Source of the DNA: Octopus bimaculoides
Lineage: Eukaryota
Assembly: GCF_001194135.2 (NCBI RefSeq)
Contig: NC_068985.1
Span: 90,373,206-90,416,946 of the forward strand
Reading direction: 5' to 3'
DNA length: 43,741 nt
Part shown: positions 1 through 10,793 of the stretch, piece by piece
How positions within the stretch are numbered: the first letter of the stretch is position 1
How the letters are laid out: each line of letters begins with the position of its first letter
Program-made: the position numbers and the translations under genes
The notes under the pieces: generated by a model
Told to the model about the DNA's origin: nothing
Seen by the model: only the letters and a program-made list of their open reading frames with translations
Databases searched by the model: none

Positions 1-480
1 ATATATATATATATATATATATACATATCCTACGTCATTTTCTGTTTGCCATGAGAAGCAGTTTGAAGATTGAAGATCACTGTTGTACTTACAGAACGTC
101 ATTTATCTAACATCCCTAGAACAGAAGTAACAGATATGATTCTACAGCAAGAATGAAAACTGCTGTAAAATGCTTTCTCAAAATTTCGTTTTACACACAC
201 AGACACACACGCATACAAACACCCAGATGGGTAGACGGGAATATTATATATGTATGTGTGTATTCTTAGATGCATGTATATACGTGTGGTACGTGTTAGC
301 ATTTGCGTTGCGTTATTGATTTTATGTGATTAAAGCATCTAGAATATTTATAAGCATGTGCATGTATAAGGAAAAGTACGCTTTAGATGAATCTCTTCCT
401 TAAGTTCCACACGCTGAAACACTGACATATAAGTATTCATATGCACATGTCACACACGCAATACCACTGCGGTAAAAACA

Positions 481-527
481 CACACACACACGCATACACA
501 AACATACACACAAGCACTCTCAAAGAA

Positions 528-580
<53 letters not shown>
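481..580. repeat. (CA)n-rich microsatellite
   Basis: Imperfect then perfect CA dinucleotide run read directly from sequence. Confidence 0.95.
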
Positions 581-581
<1 letters not shown>

Positions 582-605
582 CTATAAACGAATGTATGTA
601 TATCA

Positions 606-755
606 TTTTCTTTTATTTGTTTCAGTCATTTTAATGTGGCCATGCTGGACCAACGAGCAAATCGACCACAGGACTTATTTTTTGTAAGCCTAGTACTTAT
701 TCTATCGAGCTCTTTTGCTGTATTACGGGAACGTAAACACATTGGGTCTGTCGTC
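606..755 (-). mobile_element. SINE family B, 3' half, truncated by N-gap
   Basis: Reverse complement of the 3' half of the full copy at 39431-39844 (tttcagtca...gccatgctgga, ggacttatt.tttgtaagcctagtacttatt, ggga.cgtaaacac). Confidence 0.85.
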
Positions 756-1330
756 NNNNNNNNNNNNNNNNNNNNNNNNNNNNNNNNNNNNNNNNNNNNN
801 NNNNNNNNNNNNNNNNNNNNNNNNNNNNNNNNNNNNNNNNNNNNNNNNNNNNNNNNNNNNNNNNNNNNNNNNNNNNNNNNNNNNNNNNNNNNNNNNNNNN
901 NNNNNNNNNNNNNNNNNNNNNNNNNNNNNNNNNNNNNNNNNNNNNNNNNNNNNNNNNNNNNNNNNNNNNNNNNNNNNNNNNNNNNNNNNNNNNNNNNNNN
1001 NNNNNNNNNNNNNNNNNNNNNNNNNNNNNNNNNNNNNNNNNNNNNNNNNNNNNNNNNNNNNNNNNNNNNNNNNNNNNNNNNNNNNNNNNNNNNNNNNNNN
1101 NNNNNNNNNNNNNNNNNNNNNNNNNNNNNNNNNNNNNNNNNNNNNNNNNNNNNNNNNNNNNNNNNNNNNNNNNNNNNNNNNNNNNNNNNNNNNNNNNNNN
1201 NNNNNNNNNNNNNNNNNNNNNNNNNNNNNNNNNNNNNNNNNNNNNNNNNNNNNNNNNNNNNNNNNNNNNNNNNNNNNNNNNNNNNNNNNNNNNNNNNNNN
1301 NNNNNNNNNNNNNNNNNNNNNNNNNNNNNN

Positions 1331-1371
<41 letters not shown>

Positions 1372-2049
1372 CAATTTATGCATGTATAGAAGCATTTTGT
1401 TGTGCGTCTATATACGTATTTAAGAATACATCAAATGATTATGCAATGGTACATACATACACAAAGCCGGTTTTTATAGGGATACAAATTTTAAATAACT
1501 TTATTGTATACAATGCGCTTGTGGATATTCTACAGGTATCAATCCGAATATTTTGGAATTCTGTTTAGAAATTTTGTAACCATGTACAAATGAAGAAATT
1601 GAGTCGGATTTGATGGCCACTGGGCTTATAAGCTTCAATAAATATATATATATATATGTATATTTTTCTATGTATATACACAGAGATGCACACATTTATA
1701 CATACACACACATGCATACACACAAATACACACACATATACATTCACATAAACAAACACACGCACACATATATGGGTAGACGGATAGATAGAGAGAGAGA
1801 TAAATACATTTTGTTTCACTTAGTTGTGAAAATTGTGAAAAATTCATGGAAATAACATTGTAATTATGAAGCGAATGTTTCAAAAATATATTATCTAAAA
1901 GTGTTGATGGAACGTTTTAATTTAAGAAATTTGTATCATAGAACGAAGGGCAGTCTCAGATGGGTTTTTATTAAAGCTTAAATAAGTATTTACATGCAAC
2001 AGTGATGGGTGTCGTCATGTAAACTTCATATTTGCAATAATATCTTAAA

Positions 2050-2176
2050 ATTTTGACACAAGGCCAGCACAGCTCCGAATAGATGAGACACAAAATTAAC
2101 CGCAGTGGAATTTGAACTCAAAAAAGGGAAACAGACGAATTGCCGCTAATCATTTCGGCCAGCATGCTAATTATTC
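2050..2176 (-). mobile_element. Older, diverged SINE family A copy lacking its first ~14 nt
   Basis: ggaatttgaactc (B-box on minus strand) and acagacgaa.tgccgctaa.catttcg align to the adjacent copy at 2177-2408. Confidence 0.7.
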
Positions 2177-2408
2177 TTATTTTTTTATTGCCCACATGGG
2201 GCTAAACGTAGAGGGGACAAACAAGGACAGACAAAGGGATTAAGTGGATTACATCGACCCCAGTGCGTAAGCGGTACTTATTTCATCGACCCCGAAAGGA
2301 TGAAAGGCAAAGTCGACCTCGGCGGAATTTGAACTCATAACGTAACGGCAGACGAAATGCCGATAAGCATTTCGCTTGGCGTGCTAACGTTTCTGCCAGC
2401 TCACCGCC
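2177..2408 (-). mobile_element. tRNA-derived SINE family A, full length
   Basis: Minus strand starts GGCGGTGAGCTGGCAGAAACGTTAGC, has B-box GAGTTCAAATTCC and ends in an A-rich CAATAAAAAAATAAG tail. Homologous copies at 3847, 15250, 23901, 24085 and 27703. Confidence 0.9.
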
Positions 2409-2454
2409 TTATTCATATTGGCGATGTAATTTCGTGACGACGAGTCGTCCTTCT

Positions 2455-3032
2455 TTAACTGTAGTTGAGGAAGTTATGAATTTCGTTATCATGCTTCAGA
2501 CATTTGTAGTTGTCTCCCGTTTTGGGTTCGGTAATGGGATTAGAGTTGTGTATAGTTAGAATATGACTGAATGGGTTATGATGTATCACTTGGTTAGAAG
2601 TGTGAGGAGGTTTACAGTCGATGGCAAATAGATAGTTGCTGCTTATGGCGGAGATTACCAGGAACAGAACAGCAGACACGAACACACCAGCAGTAAAAGG
2701 GAATTGAATCAGGGAGAGGCTGTGTATTTGTGTGCGTGTGCATGTGTGGGAGAGAGAGAGAAAGAGAGAAAGAGATAGACAAACAAAAGACAGGCGGAGA
2801 GGGAGAGAGGGAGAAAGCGTATGGTACGTGTCAGTAACAGATTGAGAGCGTTGAATGGAGCATGATTGTTGCGTCTGTGTCTTTGACAGTGAGGTGGTGG
2901 TTGTAAGAGGATTCCATCATCGTGTGAACTGCTGGCGAGGGAGTCAATAGATTGAGAGGGAGAGGGCAGCTGTCTTACACAGACTGAATGTTTTGAACGA
3001 TGTCCTGTTACGTGGTTCGTCCACCATTTCAT
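2455..3032 (-). other. Non-repetitive segment with two adjacent open frames encoding hydrophobic segments (possible exon or 5' region of an unidentified gene)
   Basis: ATG ORF 3032-2709 (MKWWTNH...LLLTRTIRFLPLSLSACLLFVYLFL) and overlapping frame ending at 2455 (FTAGVFVSAVLFLVISAISSNYLFAIDCK...). No homolog recognised. Confidence 0.2.
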
Positions 3033-3791
3033 TTAATATACACATTGACGAGGAAATTATGACGATAATTTCAAAAACAACTTTGAATACTGCATCACCC
3101 TTGATACATAATTCAATTATGTGTGTGCGCTTGTGTGTCAATATGTGTGTTTACTATCTCTCTCTCTCTCTNNNNNNNNNNNNNNNNNNNNNNNNNNNNN
3201 NNNNNNNNNNNNNNNNNNNNNNNNNNNNNNNNNNNNNNNNNNNNNNNNNNNNNNNNNNNNNNNNNNNNNNNNNNNNNNNNNNNNNNNNNNNNNNNNNNNN
3301 NNNNNNNNNNNNNNNNNNNNNNNNNNNNNNNNNNNNNNNNNNNNNNNNNNNNNNNNNNNNNNNNNNNNNNNNNNNNNNNNNNNNNNNNNNNNNNNNNNNN
3401 NNNNNNNNNNNNNNNNNNNNNNNGTTTGTGTGTGTGTGTGTGTGTGGGGGTGGGCGGGTGTGTGTGTGTATCGTATGCATACATGACAGTTTCTTTCGTT
3501 CTCTCACTTACCATCTTGCTGCCTATACCAGTGAACTAAATTTTCAGAAAATGTATATATGATAAACTTACATCCAGTTCAATTATAGGCCAACTGGATT
3601 TCAATAAAAATCTATCATACGACCCCAAGTGGTGCTGGACTATTATATGATAAAATGAGAAAAGTGCAAAGGGTGTTAGTGCGAGGGAAATGGCGTAGTA
3701 TAGTGAGTGTACCTGATATCAGGGAAGGGGAAAAAATAGTTGTGTAAGCGACAAATATGCAGTAGAACGTTAATACAGCTGTCATATACAC

Positions 3792-3846
3792 GAATGTAAA
3801 GACAGACGAAATACCGCTAAGTACTTCGCCCGGTGTTCTAACGTTT
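3792..3846 (-). mobile_element. SINE family A head fragment lacking its first ~14 nt
   Basis: cagacgaaataccgctaag.acttcgcccgg.gt.ctaacgtttct matches 4021-4066 of the adjacent copy. Confidence 0.8.
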
Positions 3847-4080
3847 CTTATTTATTTATTGACAACAAGGAGCTAACCATAGAAGGGACAAACCAGGACA
3901 GACAAAGGGATTAAGTCAATTACATAGACTCCCAGTGCGTAACTGGTACTTAATTTATCAACTCCGAAAGGATGAAAGGCACAATCGACCTCGGCGGAGT
4001 TTGAACTCAGAACGTAACGGCAGACGAAATACCGCTAAGCATTTCGCCTGGCGTGCTAAAGTTTCTGTCTGCTAGCCGCC
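3847..4080 (-). mobile_element. tRNA-derived SINE family A, full length
   Basis: Colinear with 2177-2408 over the whole length, including tail and B-box. Confidence 0.9.
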
Positions 4081-4329
4081 TTACAGCTGACATTAATAAT
4101 GAATACGTGAACATGTGATTAGTTCAACTACTAATGGTGAAAATGTGTAGAAACCCTCACTGAGTTTGGAATCTTTAGTTACTCAAAATATGGATGATCA
4201 ACGTAAGAATCGGAAAGGAAATATTTGCACTCTTCGTTCTAGACATGAAGAACATCTTCAAACATAAAGGACCTTTTCAACGGAATGGCTGTTTTTGTGA
4301 TTTTAATAGTCATAAAAATGTAATTCTGC

Positions 4330-4436
4330 TGCAGTTGACTTTGCCTTACATCCTTTCGGGGATGATAAAATAAATACGAGTTCAGCAATGGGATCTGTGT
4401 AATCGACTGACCCGAAATATCTGGCCTTGTGTCAAT
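4330..4436 (+). mobile_element. SINE family A 3' fragment
   Basis: gactttgcctt.catcctttcgggg..gataaa...aatcgact...gaaat..ggccttgtg matches the reverse complement of 24085-24200. Confidence 0.7.
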
Positions 4437-5154
4437 ATTAATACCAATATAAAATTCCTAATATACCCCAGGTGTATATTTGCAGCACTAAACTGTATAA
4501 TGTATGCATGAACAGAAAAGTGCAAAAACGTATTGGCTCCATATATAATACGATGTCATAAGAGACATACATGCGCTAAACACCTACACACTCACAGATG
4601 CCCACATGGATGGATATATGTATTTATGTGTATAGGTATGTATATCTGTGTGTAATTAATTACGCTAATGTGTATTAGTAGTTATACGTGTTTACACACA
4701 CACANNNNNNNNNNNNNNNNNNNNNNNNNNNNNNNNNNNNNNNNNNNNNNNNNNNNNNNNNNNNNNNNNNNNNNNNNNNNNNNNNNNNNNNNNNNNNNNN
4801 NNNNNNNNNNNNNNNNNNNNNNNNNNNNNNNNNNNNNNNNNNNNNNNNNNNNNNNNNNNNNNNNNNNNNNNNNNNNNNNNNNNNNNNNNNNNNNNNNNNN
4901 NNNNNNNNNNNNNNNNNNNNNNNNNNNNNNNNNNNNNNNNNNNNNNNNNNNNNNNNNNNNNNNNNNNNNNNNNNNNNNNNNNNNNNNNNNNNNNNNNNNN
5001 NNNNNNNNNNNNNNNNNNNNNNNNNNNNNNNNNNNNNNNNNNNNNNNNNNNNNNNNNNNNNNNNNNNNNNNNNNNNNNNNNNNNNNNNNNNNNNNNNNNN
5101 NNNNNNNNNNNNNNNNNNNNNNNNNNNNNNNNNNNNNNNNNNNNNNNNNNNNNN

Positions 5155-5198
<44 letters not shown>

Positions 5199-6877
5199 AG
5201 TTATATGTAGATATATGTATGTATATGTGTGTGTGTGTAAATGTGTACATATACATAATTCATAAGCGCTTGTGTATGCTGAATAGACTATCCGAACATG
5301 TATTATAGCACGAATGTATTCAGACAGTAAAATATGCAGGCCTTCTTATGCATATATGAAATACATGTGCACGTGTGTGTGTGTGCATATACACTCATAC
5401 ATGCATGCATATATACATATATACACACACGCAAACACACACATACATGCACAGCCATATACATATATATATATATATATANNNNNNNNNNNNNNNNNNN
5501 NNNNNNNNNNNNNNNNNNNNNNNNNNNNNNNNNNNNNNNNNNNNNNNNNNNNNNNNNNNNNNNNNNNNNNNNNNNNNNNNNNNNNNNNNNNNNNNNNNNN
5601 NNNNNNNNNNNNNNNNNNNNNNNNNNNNNNNNNNNNNNNNNNNNNNNNNNNNNNNNNNNNNNNNNNNNNNNNNNNNNNNNNNNNNNNNNNNNNNNNNNNN
5701 NNNNNNNNNNNNNNNNNNNNNNNNNNNNNNNNNNNNNNNNNNNNNNNNNNNNNNNNNNNNNNNNNNNNNNNNNNNNNNNNNNNNNNNNNNNNNNNNNNNN
5801 NNNNNNNNNNNNNNNNNNNNNNNNNNNNNNNNNNNNNNNNNNNNNNNNNNNNNNNNNNNNNNNNNNNNNTATACATGCATTCATACATATATCCACATCC
5901 TTGCACACACACTTGCATAAATACATACAATATTTATATGTACGAGTGTGTCTGTATGTTCATTTTTTATGCAACTTATATTTAATTCTTATTTGAAATC
6001 ATTTTCGTATAAAACTGTTTTGCTTTTAAATAATTTTACTTACACAGTTGATTATAATTTTCTTTTCTAATATTGATTTTGTATTTTCGAAAAGTCAAAA
6101 TTAGAAATACCACATCAATTATTAATGGGGAAAAAAAAAAGATTAAATATAAACATAATCATAAGGTTTGATTTCACCAATTCAGTGTAAATTTTTCCAA
6201 TTTATGAAATGCATAACAGTTTATTAGTGATATTTTTAGATCACTCCGCCGCAGTATGGCGTATGGTTAGAAAGTCAAAATTAGATCCGTTGATATTATT
6301 GACCGTTTTTGTGTGTTTTTATCTTTTACTTAGCTGGGATTTTTTTTTTCCTGTTTACTCTGCTCTTATATGCATTAAACCAGTTTATAAATATAATGAC
6401 TTCTTTCAAGTATAGTAAAACGAATATTTACCATTTAAAAGTCAACAGTGCAATGGCCGGTTTTTTACTTAGAGTATTATATGTTCGATATCACGTATAA
6501 TAAGCTTACTGAGACTCTATATTTTTTATCGTATGATGGGGCAGGAAATAATCAATTTTCTGCAACATAATGCAAACTTAAATTATTTGCTACGACACCG
6601 TTGCAATAAAAATATTCAAAGTTAAATAAATTCATTTTTATTTACAACTTTCAGTATTTATAAATCGTCCGTAATGTTGCGTATGGTTTGCGTTTCAATT
6701 TCTGCAAGGTTTATTTGGTGTGAGAGGATAATATATGATATTTGATATACATGATTGAAAATATACATATTCAAATATGACACCAAAATATGAGGTACAA
6801 ATCTATCGATTTTCCAAAACCAAAGAAAGCTCCCAGCTTTTGGTGTATATAGGGAATTACATTCACGTTATAAAGAA

Positions 6878-7155
6878 ATGGCGTTCCGTCGGTTACGATG
6901 TCCAGGTTTCCAGTTGGTACGATCCACGGAACAGCCTGCTCGTAAAATTAACTTACAAGCAGCTGAGCACTCTACAGGACTGCGTACTCTTAATTTAGTT
7001 CTTAGCGACAATCCGTGTGACACTGGTTGTCACAAAGCTTGCCACTCAACTCATATTTACCAGCTGAGTGCAACGTTGTAATGTGAAACAGAGGGTCTCA
7101 CTCAAGGACATTATGGTCATGAGCCAAATACACTAATGACTTACCCACGCACCTT
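6878..7155 (-). mobile_element. Degenerate SINE of a third family (C)
   Basis: Minus strand shows a decayed tRNA-like head followed by ...gtccttgagtgagac...tttcac.tt...actcagctgg..aa.atgag..., which I recognise as a common octopus SINE body. It is single-copy in this window, so it is not internally confirmed. Confidence 0.55.
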
Positions 7156-7242
7156 CCTTGCTTTATCATAACGTAACACGAGACTTCCGTTATTTCCTTA
7201 AGTATTGAGAATGGTCCCATTTGCAAGAAACTTATATATGTA

Positions 7243-7441
7243 GCCGCATGCGTAGCTGTGAGGTAACAAACTTGCCTCCCCAGATGGTTCCAGATTCAGT
7301 ACCACTGCGTGGCCGCAAGCTATAGTATAAGGCCTTATACTATAGCTTCCGGCCGAGCAAAGACTTGTTAATGGACTTAGTAGACAGAAACTGAAGGAAG
7401 CCCACCGTATATATACAAAAATACACACTCACAGACACACC

Positions 7442-7472
<31 letters not shown>

Positions 7473-7712
7473 ACACACACATACACGCACACATATATAT
7501 TTGTGTAACAGTTTCTGCCCCCACCATTGCTTCACCACTGATGTTGGTGTGTTTACATCCCTGTAACCTAGCGTTTCGGCAAAAAGTGACCGATAGAATA
7601 AGTGTTTTGCTTGTAAAGAATAAGTAATGGCGTGGATTTGTTAGACTAAAGGTGGTGCCCCAGCATGGTGGCAGTCAAATGACAGAAACAAATTAAAAAA
7701 TAAAAGACTAAA
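7243..7712 (+). mobile_element. SINE family B, full length, diverged, with internal CA/TA microsatellite
   Basis: Colinear with 39431-39844 from head (ctgtg.ggta, gattcagt.ccactgcgtggc) to tail (gactaaagg.ggtgc.ccagcatgg..gcagtcaaatgac.gaaacaa). Confidence 0.85.
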
Positions 7713-7762
7713 ACAATATCGATCAAAGCTATCCCAGTTCTATAATTTCCCCTTTATATTTT

Positions 7763-7793
7763 GGGGTTAGTAGCCCAAAATTCCGAGTTCGAT
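7763..7793. mobile_element. Rearranged fragment of the family D tRNA-like head
   Basis: ggggttagtagccc (reverse complement of gggctactaacccc) followed by aaaattccgagttcgat. Compare 43381-43411 gggctcctaacaccaagattccgagttcgat. Confidence 0.55.
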
Positions 7794-7849
7794 GGGATAG
7801 CAAATGTAATGTTATCCCATCTTTCCATAATCTTTCTGTTTAGAATTTT

Positions 7850-9140
7850 TGGAAAATCTTCCCTCACTAGTAGCGTGGCCTTCTTGCTTCCAAGTCCGTT
7901 GTGTACTTAAACCGACAAGATTTATAGGGTTCATTACAATATGAACATTTTGCTGAAATAAGAAATGTCTGAGATATCATAGAAATACATAGAACAGCAA
8001 AGCACACAATATTACTTAGATAATCGTAAGCAGTGACTTCGGATATGTTCCATGTCCCTAAGCAATCTCTAAAACTTACCTGCTCGTCTAAATGTGGAAC
8101 TTTCAACACTCTTTTATGATCCAGATTACGGTTTGGTGCCTTAGTTACATTATTGGAAAACATAGTAAAGTACTTTGATAAAGCCGACGTCTACCAATGG
8201 CATAAGCTAAAGTAATATTTTGCACGCTATTAAAATCTGGATCTAATATCATGTTTATAGTAAAAGGCATACGGATTGCGATCCGATACTTTTATATTCA
8301 GAAACAAATAAAGAGCTAAGTATGTGTTTGCAGGTTAAATGCAGTTTCCAGAGAGAAGTATTTTGGATGAAGAATTTGAAGAAGTGAGGATCCTTTCGGA
8401 TTACTTATTAACTGGGACAAGTACACTATTCCATTTGAAAACAGTAGAGTGTTTTCTGAGGGAGATGTTAGCAACGACGTAGAGCCAAGCTTGTTGTTTC
8501 ATTTTAGCTAAGTTGAATCTTTTCCGAATTTGAAAATGTTTTGGAAATATTTTTGTCTGAAACCGTGTATGAAAATCTTTCTGAAATATTGTCAATACTG
8601 TCACAACCCAAGTTTATAATTATCTTTACTGAAATTTTGCATCCTGTCCATTGATACTATTTTAGATTTTGCATATTGCATATACTTGTAAGCAGTGTTT
8701 TGCGCCTTTCACTTTTTAAACTTTCTGTACGAAACCACCGTCTGCGCCTTTTCAACTAAGAATGCTTCCATAAACAAAATCATCTTCCAATTTTGATATG
8801 ATGATTTCGTGTCGTTCTACAAGACAAGCACGCAAACTTTATTCATATTGTCGAAATAATTTTGTGTAACTCCGTCCACATACATTAAAAATATGAACAT
8901 CAAAGGAATCGAGGCCATTAGATTTTGAATGGCTGGAAATTCCATGGCACTAATCTAATGACTAATGGAAATATATATTTAAAGAAATCTTGGAAATTGA
9001 AGAATTAAAAATGAAAAGAATTCTGACAAGTATATCAATTCCAGTCAGATCTTTTTAGACATTTATTATTCAAAATATCATAAGAGCCATTAGTTAAATC
9101 AATTTCATCAATAGAATGAGTGAATAAACAAAATCTTAAT
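7850..9140 (-). mobile_element. Highly degenerate Penelope-like (PLE) RT-GIY-YIG remnant
   Basis: Manual minus-strand translation across stops and frameshifts gives, in the expected order, CLFTHSIDE (SLFTxIP), AMEFP (AMGSP), MYVDG (YVDD), IISKLE..ILFM, VEK.ADGGFVQKV, YFRKIFIHGF..KYFQNIF, RVLKVPHLDEQ and KCSYCNEPY. Each motif is individually weak. Confidence 0.5.
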
Positions 9141-9169
9141 CTCTCCCTATTCTATTGCTTGGAGTAAAG

Positions 9170-10108
9170 TATAACGTAGCAAGCAACGGAAAACCGCGGC
9201 AATATCGTCTGTTGGGTTATATAGCACTGAATTTGTGTCTCTGAATCTATATATATATATATATATATATACAGATAGTGGTACAACAATACACCAATAT
9301 TTACTGGAAATAGCAGTCAATAATATTCGATGGTATAGTAAAGCTTCACTGTATATATATNNNNNNNNNNNNNNNNNNNNNNNNNNNNNNNNNNNNNNNN
9401 NNNNNNNNNNNNNNNNNNNNNNNNNNNNNNNNNNNNNNNNNNNNNNNNNNNNNNNNNNNNNNNNNNNNNNNNNNNNNNNNNNNNNNNNNNNNNNNNNNNN
9501 NNNNNNNNNNNNNNNNNNNNNNNNNNNNNNNNNNNNNNNNNNNNNNNNNNNNNNNNNNNNNNNNNNNNNNNNNNNNNNNNNNNNNNNNNNNNNNNNNNNN
9601 NNNNNNNNNNNNNNNNNNNNNNNNNNNNNNNNNNNNNNNNNNNNNNNNNNNNNNNNNNNNNNNNNNNNNNNNNNNNNNNNNNNNNNNNNNNNNNNNNNNN
9701 NNNNNNNNNNNNNNNNNNNNNNNNNNNNNNNNNNNNNNNNNNNNNNNNNNNNNNNNNNNNNNNNNNNNNNNNNNNNNNNNNNNNNNNNNNNNNNNNNNNN
9801 NNNNNNNNNNNNNNNNNNNNNNNNNNNNNNNNNNNNNNNNNNNNNNNNNNNNNNNNNNNNNNNNNNNNNNNNNNNNNNNNNNNNNNNNNNNNNNNNNNNN
9901 NNNNNNNNNNNNNNNNNNNNNNNNNNNNNNNNNNNNNNNNNNNNNNNNNNNNNNNNNNNNNNNNNNNNNNNNNNNNNNNNNNNNNNNNNNNNNNNNNNNN
10001 NNNNNNNNNNNNNNNNNNTATATATATATATATTCAGAGACACAAATTCAGTGCTATATACTCCAACGTACGCTATTGCCGCTGTTGTCTGTTGCTTGCT
10101 ACGATATA
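9170..10108. repeat. Pair of ~77-bp inverted repeats around a (TA)n tract and N-gap (possible MITE termini)
   Basis: 9170-9246 is the reverse complement of 10032-10108; by my count there are 9 mismatches in 77 nt and the inner 29 nt are identical. TA lies at both outer edges. Confidence 0.7.
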
Positions 10109-10124
10109 AATCTCATTTTTCGTT

Positions 10125-10793
10125 ACGTTATCGTGTGAATACATCGAATGTATTCTTCAGAGTTTACAGTTCCAACACATTCGGTCAGTTCAGAACGACT
10201 ACTGCTGGTGACAGCTCCCCATACCATTACAGAGATCTAGCTGTTTCACAATTGGTTGGAGTCTTTTCAAATCAAATTCTTGATCGGGAAGCCTCCAGAC
10301 CCAAATATGTTCACCGTCTGAAAATAATACAAATCTGGATTCATCTGAGAAAATCTCTCTATCTCAAAATGAACTGGATTTTTCTGATATCTCCTTAGCC
10401 CATTTCTTTCATTTAATGTTATTAATTGGTAGAAGGAGAGGTTTTCTTCTAGGTGCTCGTTCATAATAACGAAGCTTATACAGATATGTAACACACGTTC
10501 TTGGACTATCATCTATCTGTTTTGCTATGTCAGAAGCCTTCGAACGGGTTTCGTTTTCCACAATTCTCTTCAGACAGTGAAGCTTCCTTCCCGGGGTCCC
10601 AGGTAGGCCGGGACGAGAATCTGTTGATTCTTTTCCTTGGCTTTTGAATTGCACTTTAATTCTATTAAGAGAATCAAAAGGAATTTGAAGATTTTCGGCA
10701 ATATTTCGCTGGCTAAATCCAGCCTCAGATTGCCCATCAATACAAACTCTTTGAAAATCTGACAGTTCTGCAGAATTTTTTTGTGCGTGGCAT
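10125..10793 (-). mobile_element. Tc1-family transposase pseudogene, N-terminal two thirds
   Basis: MPRTKK / AELSDFQR..I.GQSEAGFSQRNIAENLQIP...SRPG, RAPRRKPLL, IFSDESRFVLFSDG..WVWR and SVMVWGAV..NSEEYI. Contains stops and frameshifts; the second and third catalytic residues are missing. Confidence 0.9.

Noticed and set aside
8086-8196. Minus-strand exon-like segment (AG ... CAG|GTAAGT; TSALSKYFTMFSNNVTKAPNRNLDHKRVLKVPHLDEQ)
   Set aside because: It falls in register within the putative PLE remnant and fits the PLE linker pattern; not called as a host exon without transcript data.
9307-9321. 14-mer gaaatagcagtcaa also present at about 16465, both near (TA)n and gaps
   Set aside because: Too short, with no flanking similarity, to define a repeat family from this window alone.
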